Part shown: piece after piece, positions 25,193-38,516 of the stretch
Numbering within the stretch: the first letter of the stretch is position 1
Layout: every line of letters starts with the position of its first letter
Source: Guillardia theta CCMP2712
Lineage: Eukaryota > Protista > Cryptophyta
Assembly (NCBI RefSeq): GCF_000315625.1
Contig: NW_005434666.1
Location: 741,869 to 805,868, forward strand
Direction: 5' to 3'
Length of the DNA stretch: 64,000 nucleotides
Translations under genes and position numbers: made by a program
The notes under the pieces: generated by a model
Database searches by the model: none
What the model was told of the DNA's origin: nothing
What the model saw: the letters and a program-made list of their open reading frames with translations, nothing else

Positions 25193-26057
25193 TCAAATCC
25201 TCCGCCACACGAGCATCTCCGGGTGCCGTGGAATCACCTCCTCCTGGCCCTGCCGCTGGTGCACCAGCACCAGCTCCATGCGCTCAAGCTCGCGAAGCAA
25301 ATCTTCCACCTGCAGCAGCTGCCGTCAGCTGACTTGCTCGAGCTGCTCCGCCTCTCTGCTTCTCCTCCCTCGTCTTGTGTCTCCCCCTACCTCCTGCAGC
25401 ACGGCGAAGCTCGCCTCCTCGCTGAAATCCGCAGCCACCATCTCCACCTCCACCCCAGCAGGCCAGACGTCCTGGCTGAGCCGCACGACATCATTCTGCC
25501 AACAGTCAGAGCCAGTAGCAGTCAGGTGCTTCGTCACCTTCGCCTCCTCCCACTCGCACAACAGGCCGTTCACCAGACACGTCCTCCTCTCCGGCAGAGG
25601 GACGCTGAGGTCCATGCGGCGGAAGCGACCCTTCCCCTCTGCCAACAGGTAACAGGACCGGTGTTGCATGCTCAAGAGCTCGGCGAGGCAGCGCGAGCGG
25701 AGGATATCCTTCAAGATGCCTCGAGGGTGCTGCGAGAGGAAGGAGAGGAGCTGGAGAAGCGTCAGCCCCAGCATGCTGCCGTCAGCTGGACTTCACCTGG
25801 TATACGAGCTGGGGACGAGCTATTTGCATGAGCCGTAGGAGGCCGAGGCTGGGTGAAGGATAAGACGAACGAGCAGGCGAGCAGGTGAGGTCACCTGAAT
25901 GGGTTGGAGGGGGAGGAGCCGCTGTCCAGCCAGAGGGAGGTCAAGGTAGCTGGGCACTTGTCAAGGAAGGAGGAGATGAGAGTGTCGTGCTGGGAGCCCT
26001 CGAACGCGACGAGGAGGAACAAGACAAGGTCATTCTTGTCTGCCTTCTTCACAAACT

Positions 26058-26128
<71 letters not shown>

Positions 26129-29100
26129 TTCTCCCGAACTCCGAAGCGACGGAGATGATGCATCAAGAGCTCTTCCGACTCCTTGGCCGTCATCTCGGGG
26201 ATCAGCAGCTGCTCCTCTGAGGCTGCAGGCGACGGCGACGTGCTCTCCACACAGCACGTGAGGATGCAACGAACATACCCCAGCCGCTGCTCCTCCTCGT
26301 CAGAAAATGGCAGACCAGACCTCCTCCTCCTCCTCCTCCTCCCTCCTCCTCCTCCTCCTCCCTCCTCTCATCACCATCATCATCATCACCACCACCACAT
26401 CTCGAACAACATCAACAAGAACATGAACAAGAACATCATGATCAGTATCGTATCATCACCGCCTCTGCCTCGGTCTCGTCCTCGTCCTCGTTGTCCTCTT
26501 GCTTTCTTTCGCCGTCTCTCTTCTCCTGGTCCAGCTGTGCTGCGAGCAGCACTTGAGACTGCTTCATCGCCACGAGCTCCTGCTCAAGCCGCGTCCTCCG
26601 CTCCTCATTCCTTCTCCACTCCTCCAGGCTCGCAGCCGAGTCCACCAGCCTCGCCAGCTCCTCCTCCTGCTGTCTGATGGACACCAGGAGCCCGTCGATC
26701 TTCTTCTCCAGCTGACTGTCAGCAGGAGGGCGAGGAGGTCGCAGCTCCAGTCGTCGCATGCGGCACATCTTGTACTCCTCGCTCCTCTCCACCCGCTCCT
26801 GCGCCCAGCACACGATCCCCGCCAGCTCCTTCCTGCCCCTCTCGTCCAGTCCGTCTACCATCAGCACCACCCGCCGGCCCCGGAGAGCGAAGGCGAGGAG
26901 GAGCTGAGAAGCGAGTCAGATGCCTCTCCTCTCACACGCGCGTCACCTTGCGAAGGTTTTCCGCCACCTGCTCGTGGGAGCAGCGCACGCTTGCCAGGAT
27001 CTCTTGCTTGCTCCTCAACGCCTCCTCCCTCCTCCATCGCAACCTCAACTCCATCCAAACTTGGAGGATACACTCACGTACGCTCATGCCTTCAGCAAAC
27101 AACAGCAACCTCAACACCTTCCTCCTTTTCTTTTTTCCTTCTTTTTCCTCCTCCTCCTCCTCCTCCTCCTCCTCCTCCTTCGATGCAGGACCGCAGGCTA
27201 TATCAGCAAGTAGACTGCTCTTACCCGACCGAGGCTTCCCTACTAGCAGCAGCACAGCCTTCCTCCACTCGGCATGGCCGACGAAGACTGACCCGACAAC
27301 ATGCTCGCTCAGCTGCTGCACCAGCAGGTGTCGGCCTCCTCCTCCTCGCTTGCTGGAGCTGTCGGCAGGAGCTAAGGAGCTCATGTGGAGAAGCCGCTGG
27401 AGGAGAAAGCGCCGGATACAGCTCTGCCTGCTCCTCTCCTGCTCGAGGAGATGCCAGGGCTGCAGGTCCCTTCCGACATGTGCGAGGCGGTGGGAGGAGG
27501 AGGAGAGAGCCGAGTAGCACAGGCAGGCGAAGGTCTCGAGGGCCAGACGGACGCCGCCAGCGACGAGAGGAGAGGAAGTGAGCTTGCCGAGAGTGAGGGC
27601 GGAGGACATGGAGGGAGGTTTGTCGAGGGAAGGAGGGAGAGGAGGAGAGTCCTCATCCCCAGACGACAAGAGGAGCCTGCGAAGGCTCATCCAGTCGCCC
27701 ATGACCTCCTCCTTCACTTCCTCTATCGCCCTCATGAACCTTTCCTCCCCTCCCTCTCCCCTCCCTTCCGCCTTAAGCCGTCCAGCAAATGCCGAGCTGT
27801 TTGCCAGCAGCTTCTCTGCTCTCCTCTCTCGCCTCTCCCGCTCCTCTCCAGCTGCAGACATGTCAAGTTGAAACCCTTGGAAGTTTGCGGGGTAGATGCT
27901 CGCTCGAGAGCCCAGCAGGCGGACAAGCCGCTGCTTCACCTCCTGCAGCGCCTCCTGCCTGCTGGCATCTTGCTCGACGAACGAGCCCTGCAGGGAGGGG
28001 ACACGGCGAGCTGCGAGCTGGAAGGAGGGATGGGAAAGGAAGCTGGGGTCACGGAGGAAGAGGAAGAGCTCTGCTGCAGGAAGAGACTGAGGAAGCGAGC
28101 TGAGCACAAGTCCCACGTCTCCTCCAGCTGCCCTCCATGGCAGCGCGCGTGAGGAGAAGGAGAGAAGAGCAAGCTGGTCGCTCTCTTTCATCGTTTCCCC
28201 CAAGCAGAGGAGGAGCAGGTGGCTGGTCCTGCGCTGGAAGGTCTGCAGGTCATGAGGGGAGGGAGGAGGGGGGGAGGCAAGAGAGGGGAGGACGAGAGGA
28301 GGTTCGACCAACAACTCCACGCGGACGTTAGAGGACGAGAGAGCCCACGCCAAGGACGGGATGAGGAAGCGCCGAAGCTGCTCCAGCTCTTGCTGCGTGT
28401 CATGAAAGACTCCCGCAAGTCGCGTCCTCAACTTCCTTTGCGTCCAGAAGGGAGGGGGAAGGAAGTTTGCTCGGACCAGCTCGCAGTCTAGGATGCATGC
28501 TCCCCTCCTGTGCTTCCCTTCCGCCTGCTCCTCCTGCACCCTTTCCATGACTCTCGTCAAACTTTCCCCGAGATCCTCCATAGCTGAGCTCCTGAGCTCA
28601 ATGACAAAACGGAAGAACCCCTCCTCCTCCTCCTCCTCCTCCTCCTCCTCGCCAAACGGCTCCACATGCTCAGCCATCAAGCCGCAGGCTTCTGCGAGCT
28701 CCTGACACATGGACTGCAACAGCCTGGACCTCCTCGCGCGGCGATCCCGCTCGCCCCAGCCGCAGGGGGAAGAGGAGAGGAGGAAGTTGTTCCCCTCCTT
28801 GACCTGCCCAGCTGTCAGCGACGAGCAGCCGCTCCCGGCACTCACAGCAAGAGTCTCGAGGGAGGAGAAGCCGAGGACGGAGGCGACAGCTGGCGCCACC
28901 CGCAGACGAAAGAGCTGAGGGGACGCCAAGGAGAACTTCGATCCTCTCGCCTCCGTCTGCAGCGACAGCCGCACCCTCCTGCTCGCGAGCTCCGCATGTT
29001 CCCTCAAGACCTCGTTGACCATGTGGACCAGAGAGGAGGGAGAGTAGCTGCCCTCCCGCAGCTTGAGCGGGTACCACACGACTCCTGCTCCTCCCTCCTT

Positions 29101-30508
29101 GCCGTCAACCCCGAGAACAAGGTGAGAGGTCATGGCAGGGATAAGCAATGACTCGCTGCTCCTGCCGCTCCTCGACTCGTCCCAGGAGATTTTCTTCCAC
29201 CTCCTCCTCAGCTTTCTGTCCACCTGCGGTGAGGAAAGGAAGGGCATTGAAAGCTTCAGCGCCTGAGCTGCAAGTCAGGAAGATGGAGGAGGAGGAGAAA
29301 AGAAACAAGTGAGAGGGGAGAGAAGCGAGAGGGGGAAGAGTTGGGGAGGGAGCAAGATGAGAGGGAGGAAGAGCAGGGGATGGAGCAAGACGAGAGGGAG
29401 GAAGAGCAGGGGGAGAAAGAGGGGGGTGAGAGGAGAGAAGGAGAAGAAGACAAAGAGGAGGGAAGAAAGGTCTGCCTCGCTCGCGTGATGCTTGTACAAG
29501 TGAAACATCCGCTCCCTTGGCCCATCACTTGCCTTCAAATGCTGTCAGTCAAACGCTTCTTTCACCGACACCAGATGCTCACCTCCTCCTCCTCCTCCTC
29601 CTCCTCCTCCTCCTCCTCTGCTTCCTTCATGATAGCGCAGAGGAACCAAGAGTCTTGCTTGCGGCACACTCTCTTAAAACGAGGAGCGAAAGGAGAGGGA
29701 GAAACTTTGATGGCTTCTACCAGGCGATCAACCAGCTGATCCATATCGATCGCCTGCAATGCGCGTGAGAGGAGGAGGAGGAGGAGGAGGAGGAGGAGGA
29801 GGAGGAGGAGGAGAGGACAAGCCATGCTGAGCACAAAGCAGGAGAAAGGGAAAAGCAGGAGGGAGGAAGAAAGAGTTGGGGAAGGGAAGGAGGAGATGCA
29901 GAGCAACAGGCAAGACCGTCGAGGTAGAGGAGGAAGCGAGCATGTGGTAGGGGCTCAAGGATAGACTAGCGATGCAGACAACATCAGCCCCATCCCTCCT
30001 CATGTCCATTATCTGCTTGCTCGTCAGAATGCCTGGAAACCTGCTCGCCTCCCTCCTCCACCTTCACCACCACCACCACCTCCTCCTCCTCCTCCTCCTC
30101 CTCCTCATCGCCCCTCATCTCCGTCTTCCTCCTCCCTCTGGTCTCAATCCCTTTGACCTCTCCGCCTCCTCTCGCTCACCTGCACCATCACAGCCCTGCT
30201 GACCCTCTTGTCCATCTCCTGCAGACATGACCCCACAAACTCGCACAGCTCAAAGCTTAGCTTCGCTCCTTCCCCTCCCCCTCCCTCCTCTCCTGCCACG
30301 CGGAACTCAAGTAGCCGCCTGTCGTCGAAGAGCTGCGACTCAAGGAGAAAGCTCAAGGCCTGCGCGAGCATCAAGACAGCAGGGAGGAGGAGCACGAGAA
30401 GAACGCGAAGAAAGGGAAGACGGGGTGGAGCAGCATTAGGAAGAAGAAAAGACAGACGTGCGTTAGGAGGAGGAGGAGGAGGACGAGGAGGAGGAGGAGG
30501 AGGACGAG

Positions 30509-30580
<72 letters not shown>

Positions 30581-30646
30581 GAGGACGAGGAGGACGAGGA
30601 GGACGAGGAGGACGAGGAGGACGAGGACGAGGACGAGGACGAGGAG

Positions 30647-30688
<42 letters not shown>

Positions 30689-32445
30689 GACGAGGAGGAC
30701 GAGGAGGACGAGGAGGACGAGGAGGAGGACGAGGACGAGGAGGAGGACGAGGACGACGAGGAGGAGGAGGAGGAGGAGGAGGACGAGGACGAGGAGGAGG
30801 ACGAGGAGGACGAGGAGGACGAGGAGGACGAGGAGGAGGACGAGGAGGAGGACGAGGAGGAGGACGAGGAGGAGGAGGACAGGACCTGGGCCTTGTCGCG
30901 GGAGGTCAGGGAGCAGCCGTTGCTGACCACTGAGATCGCCTGCTCCAACCTCTTCCTTTCCATCCTCCTCGAAAGAAACTCGCTGAGGGCCTCAGACAAG
31001 CCACGAACGAGTCGCTCCCAGCTGGTATCAAGCTTGTGCTCCATAACCACACGAAGTCGATCGAGCATTGACTACGAGATTCGTCAAGACAGAAAGAAGA
31101 ACAAGGACAAGAACAAGGACAAGGACAAGGACAAGAACAAGGACAAGGACAAGGACAAGGACAAGAACAAGGACAAGGACAAGGACAAGGACAAGGACAA
31201 GGACATATTCGCACTCTGGCCATGACGAGAGCTGGGATCGCTCCTATACAAGCGAGGAAGGAGCAGGCGATCAGCTCAGCGCCTCCTCCCTGGAGCTTCT
31301 GCTGGAGACGCTGAGATAAGTCGAGGAGGTCGAGGAAGACAAGCTCGCGGCCCTCCAGCTTCTCGTCGAGCTCCACCAGCCTCCACACTCGCTGCCATCG
31401 ATCGCCGAACTCCCTCCGTAGGTCTGCTTGCATCTGCTCGCGCTGCTCCCCCCCTGATCGAGACACTCACCAACGAAAGACTCCAAGACAGAAGAGGAAG
31501 CAGAGGCGAAAGACAAGAAGGAGAGGAGGAGGAGGCATGGGAAGTGGGAACAAAGGCTAGAGACTCATGATCAAGAGGAGACAAGGAGATACAATCAGTT
31601 CGCAGCTCAAGCACAAAGACGTCGACAGAGCTTGCATTAGCCAAGAACGTCTGGACAGAAGTGAAAAGCTGCTGCAAGGTCTGCGATAGGAGGTGTCAGC
31701 CATGATTGAACAAGTGAACGAGCAGCAGCAGCAGCAGCAGCAGCAGGAACACCAGCTCGAGCTCCTTCAGGTGCTGTTCGAGCGCTTCGTCTTGACTCCC
31801 CCGGGCCCACGCGAGTTGAGCGAGGGTGAGAGGTCGCTGAGAGACCGGGAAGGCGCAGCCGTGCTGGTCGATCATGCGGAAGCGAAGGTGGAAGACTCTT
31901 GGAGGATAAAGAGCGTGAGGGGAAGGGAGAAGACGTCATGAGAAGCGAAGGAAGGAAGCAAGGGGGAGGAGGAAACTTGCGCGGACCTGATATGATCCGC
32001 GTGGGAAGTGACAAGGTCAAGAAGCGAACTGAGCGATTCCTGCAGCCCCACAACCTCCAGCAGCTGCTCCCAGTGTCACGCTCCCCCCCCATGGGAACTT
32101 TTCTCTACTCCTAATTTCCTCCTCTTCCTTTCTCCCTCCTCCTCCCTCTCTCCTCCTCCTCCTCCTCCTCCCTCTCTCCTCCTCCTCCTCCTCCTCCTCC
32201 CTCTCTCCTCCTCCTCCTCCTCCTCCTCCTCCTCCTCCTTCCTCTGCTGCTCACCTCGTGGCCGTCGAGAGGACGCCCAATCTCCGAGCGACGAGCATGG
32301 CAGAGAGCAGAGACGCGCTGCAGCGAGAGCCTGAGGGCGATGAGAGACGAGGAGAAGCCTCTACGAGGGAAGCATCAGGATGAGACGATGACGAGAGAAG
32401 AGAAGAAGACGAAAACGAGGAGGGGGGAAGGGGGGAGACGAGGAT

Positions 32446-32511
<66 letters not shown>

Positions 32512-32780
32512 AGCAGTTCGGAGCCTCGCCTGTGCTCAATGCATCTCGAGAGGAAGAGAATACTCCATACTCTCCGCAGGAGGTTCCACTGACCCCCTAC
32601 GAGAGGAACGGAGGGAAGAAAACAAAAGAGAACCTCGGGAACCTAAGCAAGGAAAGGGGTTAGGAATGAGGGGTGAAGGTTTAGGAGAGAAAGAAGGGTG
32701 AAGAGGAAGGTTTGAAATGAAGGAGAGAGCGAGGACCTTTCTCTCCAAGAGCCATTCTTCCTTGAACATCTCACGTCCTC
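25193..32780 (-). CDS. DUF4062-like + NACHT/STAND NTPase region of a very large protein (TEP1/NWD/nephrocystin-3-like)
   Basis: LRTRLAGVFHDTQQELEQLRRFLIPSL (DUF4062-like), Walker A LLLVGKPRSGKSSLLA, Walker B VLMVDGLDE; 771-aa ORF 26932-29247; stop at 25195-25193. Probably contiguous with the WD40 exons upstream. Confidence 0.62.
30464..30880. repeat. Mixed (GAG/GAC)n trinucleotide tract, intronic
   Basis: About 415 bp visible; starts right after a minus-strand CAG|GT donor near 30884. Confidence 0.95.
31099..31204. repeat. (GACAAG/AACAAG)n hexamer repeat
   Basis: Directly visible. Confidence 0.95.
32437..32510. repeat. (GACGAG)n hexamer repeat
   Basis: Directly visible. Confidence 0.9.
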
Positions 32781-35700
32781 CACTTAGAACAGAAAGACAA
32801 CTTCTCTGTTTCCTGTCCAGGTCTCAGCAGACAAAAACAGGAAGAGAAGGGGGGGGGGAAAGTGGACGACGATGACAAGCTGAAGACGTAGTCGAACACG
32901 AAGATGAAGAAGAGAGGAGTGAGAAGGAGGAGCGCGAGCTGTTACATGATCAGGAACTCCTCGTACTGCTTCAAAGCGAACAATCTCTTCACGTGCCGCT
33001 TCAAATCCCTTGCTCCTTCCTCCATCTCCTTCCACCTGCCTCGATCCGCAAGCATTCGAACGCGGGCCTGCAGAGCTGCAGAGGAGGAGGAGATCCCTCT
33101 CACTTCCTCGTACAAGCGCCTCCCCATCCGCCGCAGCAGCAGCGGGGAGAGAACGCGGACGAGCTGAACGCAGGAGACTCTATGATCGATCTTCCTTCTT
33201 GCCGCTGCCTGCAGTTGCAGTCAGAGGGGAAGAGGCGAAGGCTCGCGCAGGGCCTGGAGGAGGCAGGAGGACGCGAGGGCTCGAGCTCGAAGCTGCTCCT
33301 CCATCCTCGTCCGCAGGTCCAGCAGGTCAAGATGGCGCCAAAGACTCTCATCCCCTCGCGCCTTCTCAAGCCCATGCCGCCGCAGCAGCTCGCGGTTCGC
33401 AGCTGCTACCTCAGCTGGGAGACCGAGCACAAGCACGCAGCCCCCAGTCGTCCCCACGACAATCGCCCGCTGCTCTGCTTGCAGAGAGTCACTCGATCCT
33501 CCTCCTCCCTCCTCTCCCTTTTCCAGCTTGTCCTCCTCCATCCTTGCTCAACGGGTTCGCACCTTCATCATACCCGACGCAAGCAGCAGTGCATGGCAGG
33601 TCTCGGAAGGAGGCGAGCAAGTCTCCGGTGATGCAGCTCCGCACCAGAAGAGACGCGGAGGAAGGGGAGCGATCGAGAGAGAAGAGAAGGAGCCTGAGGA
33701 AGAACTAAGCTCAGGGGATAAGACAGCAACGCGAGAGGATGTGACGGCAACGCAGCAGGCACGGGAGAGGAAGGCGGCTCACCCAGAAGCGTCGCAGCAG
33801 ATATGAAGAGCAGCAGGAGCTAGGAGCAAGAAGAAGACGATTTTCCTCTGCTCCACGTCCACGAATTGAAGCTTTCCGCTGGGAAGGAGGACGAGAATAA
33901 AGAAACAATGAACAGCAATGGCGACGGGTGACTGCTCAAACGAAAGATCAAACTTCTTGTGCGATTGTTCTGAGAGCCCATCCACCTGCACCTCCATCAA
34001 CTCCTCCTCCTCCTCCTCCTCCTCCTCCTCCTCCTCCTCCTCCTCCTCCCCCTCCCCCTCCTCCTCCTCCTCCTCCTCCTCCTCCTCCTCCTCCTCGACC
34101 TCGTAGGCAGAGAGAGTTCTAGAGGAGGAGAGGGTGACCAGAAGGAAGGAAGAGGATGAGCGCATGTCGTGCTGGCGCGTCACGAGACTTCCCCAGCACC
34201 CCGACAGCCTTGTACTCGATGACACCTCGATGCTGTGCTGGTGAAGGACGATCAGGGGCATGAGCACCCAACATGGCAGGAACAGAGGCAGATCAAGATG
34301 TACCAGCTCAAGCTCAAGCTCAAGCTGTGTGAGCTGATCTCACCTGAACGACTCTGAGGGATTGGAAGGCGGAGAGCGAGTCGAGGAGGAGAACCCTCCC
34401 ATCCTCCGCCTTCGATGCCAGCCAGCGACCTGCTGGAGCCCAGCTGAGGCCCAGCACGTCTCCCCTCGAGACCCGGACAGACGCGTGAAGCTTGAATGCG
34501 AGCGAAGGCGAACTAAAGCTGCGAGAGAATGAGGATTCAGAACCAGAAGAGAGGAGGAGGAGGAGGAGGAGGAGGAGGAGGAGGAGGTACGGGAGCCCCA
34601 GAGAGGCAGGGGAAGGGACAAGACATTCATACTTGGAGGAGAAGACGAGGACGCGGCCGGTCGACATGCCGCAAGCGAGGAAGAGGCGAGAAGGATCGAC
34701 AGCAAGTGAGGAGATCGCGAAGTTGCCCTGGCTGTCTGGTCGTCAGCCTTCAAGGACAAGGACCAACGAGATAAACCTCCAGCTGACTGCAAGCTGCCTG
34801 TCAGCCTGCGAGACTTTCCGGAAGTCTAGATCAGCATGCGCCAAGTTGGCGATGTCGATGCAGGAAGGAGACAGAAAGGAAACAGAGGAGGAGGAGGAGG
34901 AGGAGGAGGAGGAGGAGGAGGAGGACGGAAGCGCATAATTTCTTGGTAGGTGCTTGTTACGGAAGTATGTGAGGAAAAGAAGAATCCCTGTCCGTCCGGC
35001 AGCGATCACTCCTGTCCCGCTTGCGAACAAGTCAAACAAGTCGATCACATTTTGAGAGACGTCCGAACAAGGAGGGCGAAGCTCAGGTACCTGGACCTGC
35101 CGTACAAGGAGAGGCTTGATATTTCTCCTGGAAACGAACTGGAAGGAGTGAGCAGGAGGCATGAACGAATCGCCTCCTCACGTCTGGCTGGCGATCTGCT
35201 GCCTCCTCTGAGTGTCGAAGACGATCAGATCCCCGTCGTCCGTGATGACTAGCAGCGCATTAGAGACACGAATCATCTTGGAGATCAGCGGGTGCAGTGG
35301 AGTTGAATCTCTAGGCACGTCGCCCAACACTGTGTCCATGCTCTCGGACTTGATGTACTTGTCCTTGCACACTTGAGCCTGGTCAGCATCATCAGCTGTC
35401 GTTCTGCGCAGTCATATGTCAGAGACCCAATCTTGCATTACGGAACCTTTCTTCTTGTCAAGAGCCAGCACAACTCCTTGCGACCCTCCTACAAGCACTC
35501 GCTCGCCTTGGCACCTAGTCAGCTTGATCGACCCGACGACACTCAGACCTGGCAGGCAACAGATCGAGGAGAACAATCCTCTCCTCGCATCCAGCTGGAC
35601 CTCGCGGATCTTTGTTCCCTGTCGCTTGTTGATCATGCACAAGAATTTCTGATGAGATTGTCTACCGTGAACATGTCCACAACCCAAATCAAGTTATGAC

Positions 35701-36452
35701 GGCTGGCCACACGTCAAGGAAGAAACACCGGCAGAGACCAACCTCAACACAGAAATGCTGGCAGAGGATTCATCGACGGAACCATCTATGAAAAGTTCTT
35801 CTGCGCTTGTACCTATCCTCCACGTGTACGAGAGATCAAACAGCCTATCTTCGCTGTCCTGCACAAGGGGGGTAGCGTGCATCCTCTTCTTGACGGACTG
35901 CCAGCTCAACGCCACGAGGTCATGAGAAGTGAGGAGGAAGAAGTCGAGCATGCCCTCTACCGCTAGGATAGCAGGGAGCACAGGCGAGGCTTCGACCTTG
36001 TGACTGGTGGTGGAGTACTCGGAAAGTATCCTGAAGGAATGCCAAGGGTCTCTCAACCTCACAGCATAGATCGGGTTGCTCCTAACGCTCTTGACTGCAT
36101 GCTCTAAGCTCACGAGCAGCTTACCTCCCTTAGGGCAGTGCATCTGTCGCACTCTCCAATCCTCCTCTCCATGGCGCTCTCCGACGGACACCCGTGCTAG
36201 TTGCTTCATAGAGGCAAGGTCCCAGCAGATAAGACATGTGCTGTCCGCTGAAAACAGGCAGCCGCTAGTCTCCTCGACCGCAAGAGCTTGCACCTCCCCT
36301 GCATGCCCTCGGAAATGAGCCCGCGCACCATCCCCCAAGCTGTGCCGGACGACGAAATTCTCGGCAGCAAAGAAGACCAGGCCATGAGCGCGCGAGCTCA
36401 CGACAGGGAGGCAAGAGGAGACGCCGAAGATGGCATCGACATCCGATGCCAT
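32780..36452 (-). CDS. WD40-repeat region (probable N-terminus of the STAND gene, or a separate gene)
   Basis: ATG at 36452; HFRGHAGEVQALAV..LFSADSTCLICWD, VLGLSWAPAGRWLASKAEDGRVLL, LLVITDDGDLIVFD. Confidence 0.7.
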
Positions 36453-36619
36453 CAGTCCATGTGTAGGGAGCGAAGGGCGACTGGCAGGGGGGATGGGGCA
36501 GGAGATACGTGGTAGGTAGGAACGGATCAACGGGAGACAGTGGAAGGATATTGGAGGGGTCCATTTTACTACAAAATTTTAAGTCGGAGAGGGTGGGGTA
36601 GCTACTGAGACCAGCGGGG

Positions 36620-38204
36620 ATGGACGAAACCGGACGGGCTGATGGGAGTAGAGCGACGAAGGAGGAGGAGAGGGGGAGGGAGGACAAGGTTGTTGAGAAG
36701 GAAAAAGAAGTTGTAGGAGAGAGGGGAGCGAGTGAAGCATCGAGTGGTTGCTTTGAAGAGGGAGCAGCAGGCAGAAAGGCCGGAGACATGAAAGTCCAGA
36801 TTGAAATTCCTGAGGAGAAAGGACCGATGTCAGAGAAAGAGGAGAAGGCTGTGGAAGCTCTCCTGCTGGTAGATGAAGATCTAGCAGCAGGAAGTTGGTC
36901 CCCTGTCAGGGAAAAGGAGATCTTCTTCTTCCCCAAGGTGAGTCCCAATCAAAGGTATGTTGTCGTTCTTGAGATGGGTTGCATTGCAGGCGAATAGAAT
37001 GCATTATGCTGACAGCAGCAAGGACAAACGTGCCGTCAGAACATCTCCAACGAGATCCTCCGCAGAGACGAGGGTCACCCCTGCACACAAGGACTCGCAG
37101 GAAGAGTCGTTTGACGACCTCGGACTGCGCGAGAGCATATTGCGAGACCTCCGATGGATACAAGACAATGACGATGAGCGTGTGATGGAAATCATGAGAC
37201 CGCGTGTCATCTCATTGGAGCAAGAGACAAGAGAGCAAGGTCATCCGCATGAATGCGAGAGACCTCATCACAACGCCGAGAACGAACTCCATCGCTCGAA
37301 CCCGGCAGAACCGAAACATGAGGAGGACAAGGAGGAGCACTGCCCGGCTTCGCCTGAGAACAACAAGAACGAGCACTTGATAGCGAGGATGTTGTCCAAT
37401 ACCCCTTCAAGTCCTCCCGGCTTGACTCCCAAGGCTGTCATGAGCATCCGCTCTCTCAGCGGAAGGACGGCGAAGCAAGTTTACACAAAGGTGGGCTATC
37501 CGCGGTCGGCGAGTGTCCTGTCAAAGCGAAACGACGCGGAGAGAAGTGGCAACGAGCGAGCTCGGGGGGAGAGGCTCATGACGGCTCCTACTCGCAACCG
37601 CAGCCATGAGATGGGATTGGAAACCTCCTCCCCCGCCTCTCGGGTGAAGCTGACCCCGCAACCCTCGCTCATGCTTACTTCTTCTCACAGGAAACCTCTC
37701 GCGCAGGGAGACAGGCGTTTCAGGGGTTGCAATTCGAACAAGCTAGAGAGCAGTTCCGCACTCTTGTCATGCCTTCTCGGCAGGCGTGGGGGAACTTTGG
37801 GGAACAAGCAGGAGTGCACAGAAGACTTTCATCGGACGGAGGCTCACTAGAAGCAAATCAACGTGGCAGGTTTACTCCTTCCCTCTGCCCCCTCCCCAAA
37901 CACCTCCCTCTATCTCTCCCCCACCATTCGCCTTCTCCTCTGTTCTCCTGCAGTTCCTCCCCTTCCTCGCCTGGTAAGCTCGTGAGCTGAAGTCCGTGTG
38001 ATCAGGCGGCCAGTGGGCTTGACTGTGCAGCGTCTGGACCTTCAGTTTGGAGTTGAGAATTTGGGAGGTGGAGCCGATCGAATCAGAGGACATGCCAGAG
38101 AAGCGGAAAGAAATCCTACTTCCACAAGGAACGCGCTGAAACCAAGGCCATTGAAGACTAACAACGCTCTTGCTGTCCTGCATTCGAATTCTCCTGTTCG
38201 ATGA
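36620..38204 (+). CDS. Hypothetical hydrophilic protein, multi-exon
   Basis: ORFs 36620-36997, 36957-37850 and 37998-38204 can be joined by GT..AG introns; no domain recognised. Confidence 0.5.
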
Positions 38205-38516
38205 GAGTAAAACTTGAAGTACAGTACTGCGTGACTAGTCGCAGTCCGAGGCTCTAGAGCTAGGCTTCTAACTCTGATGGCTCTAGAGCTAGTCTCAGCC
38301 TTCCAAGTTCCGAGTTCCGCTCCAACCGCCGAAGATGAGTAGATCTAGAGCAGTCACGACGAACAGTCCTCCTGACGGTCCGATCCGGGGGCCGGGGCCC
38401 GGCGGACTCGGGAGCAGACTGAGTAATCTCAGATCTAGAGCAGATCTAGCGGACTGCTCTAGATCTAGACTCACCCGAGGCCAGAGGTGATCCAAGGAGC
38501 GATTGGAGGAGCGATC

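Noticed and set aside
30208-31068. RGG-rich and poly-Ser ORFs
   Set aside because: Intronic GAG/GAC tract.
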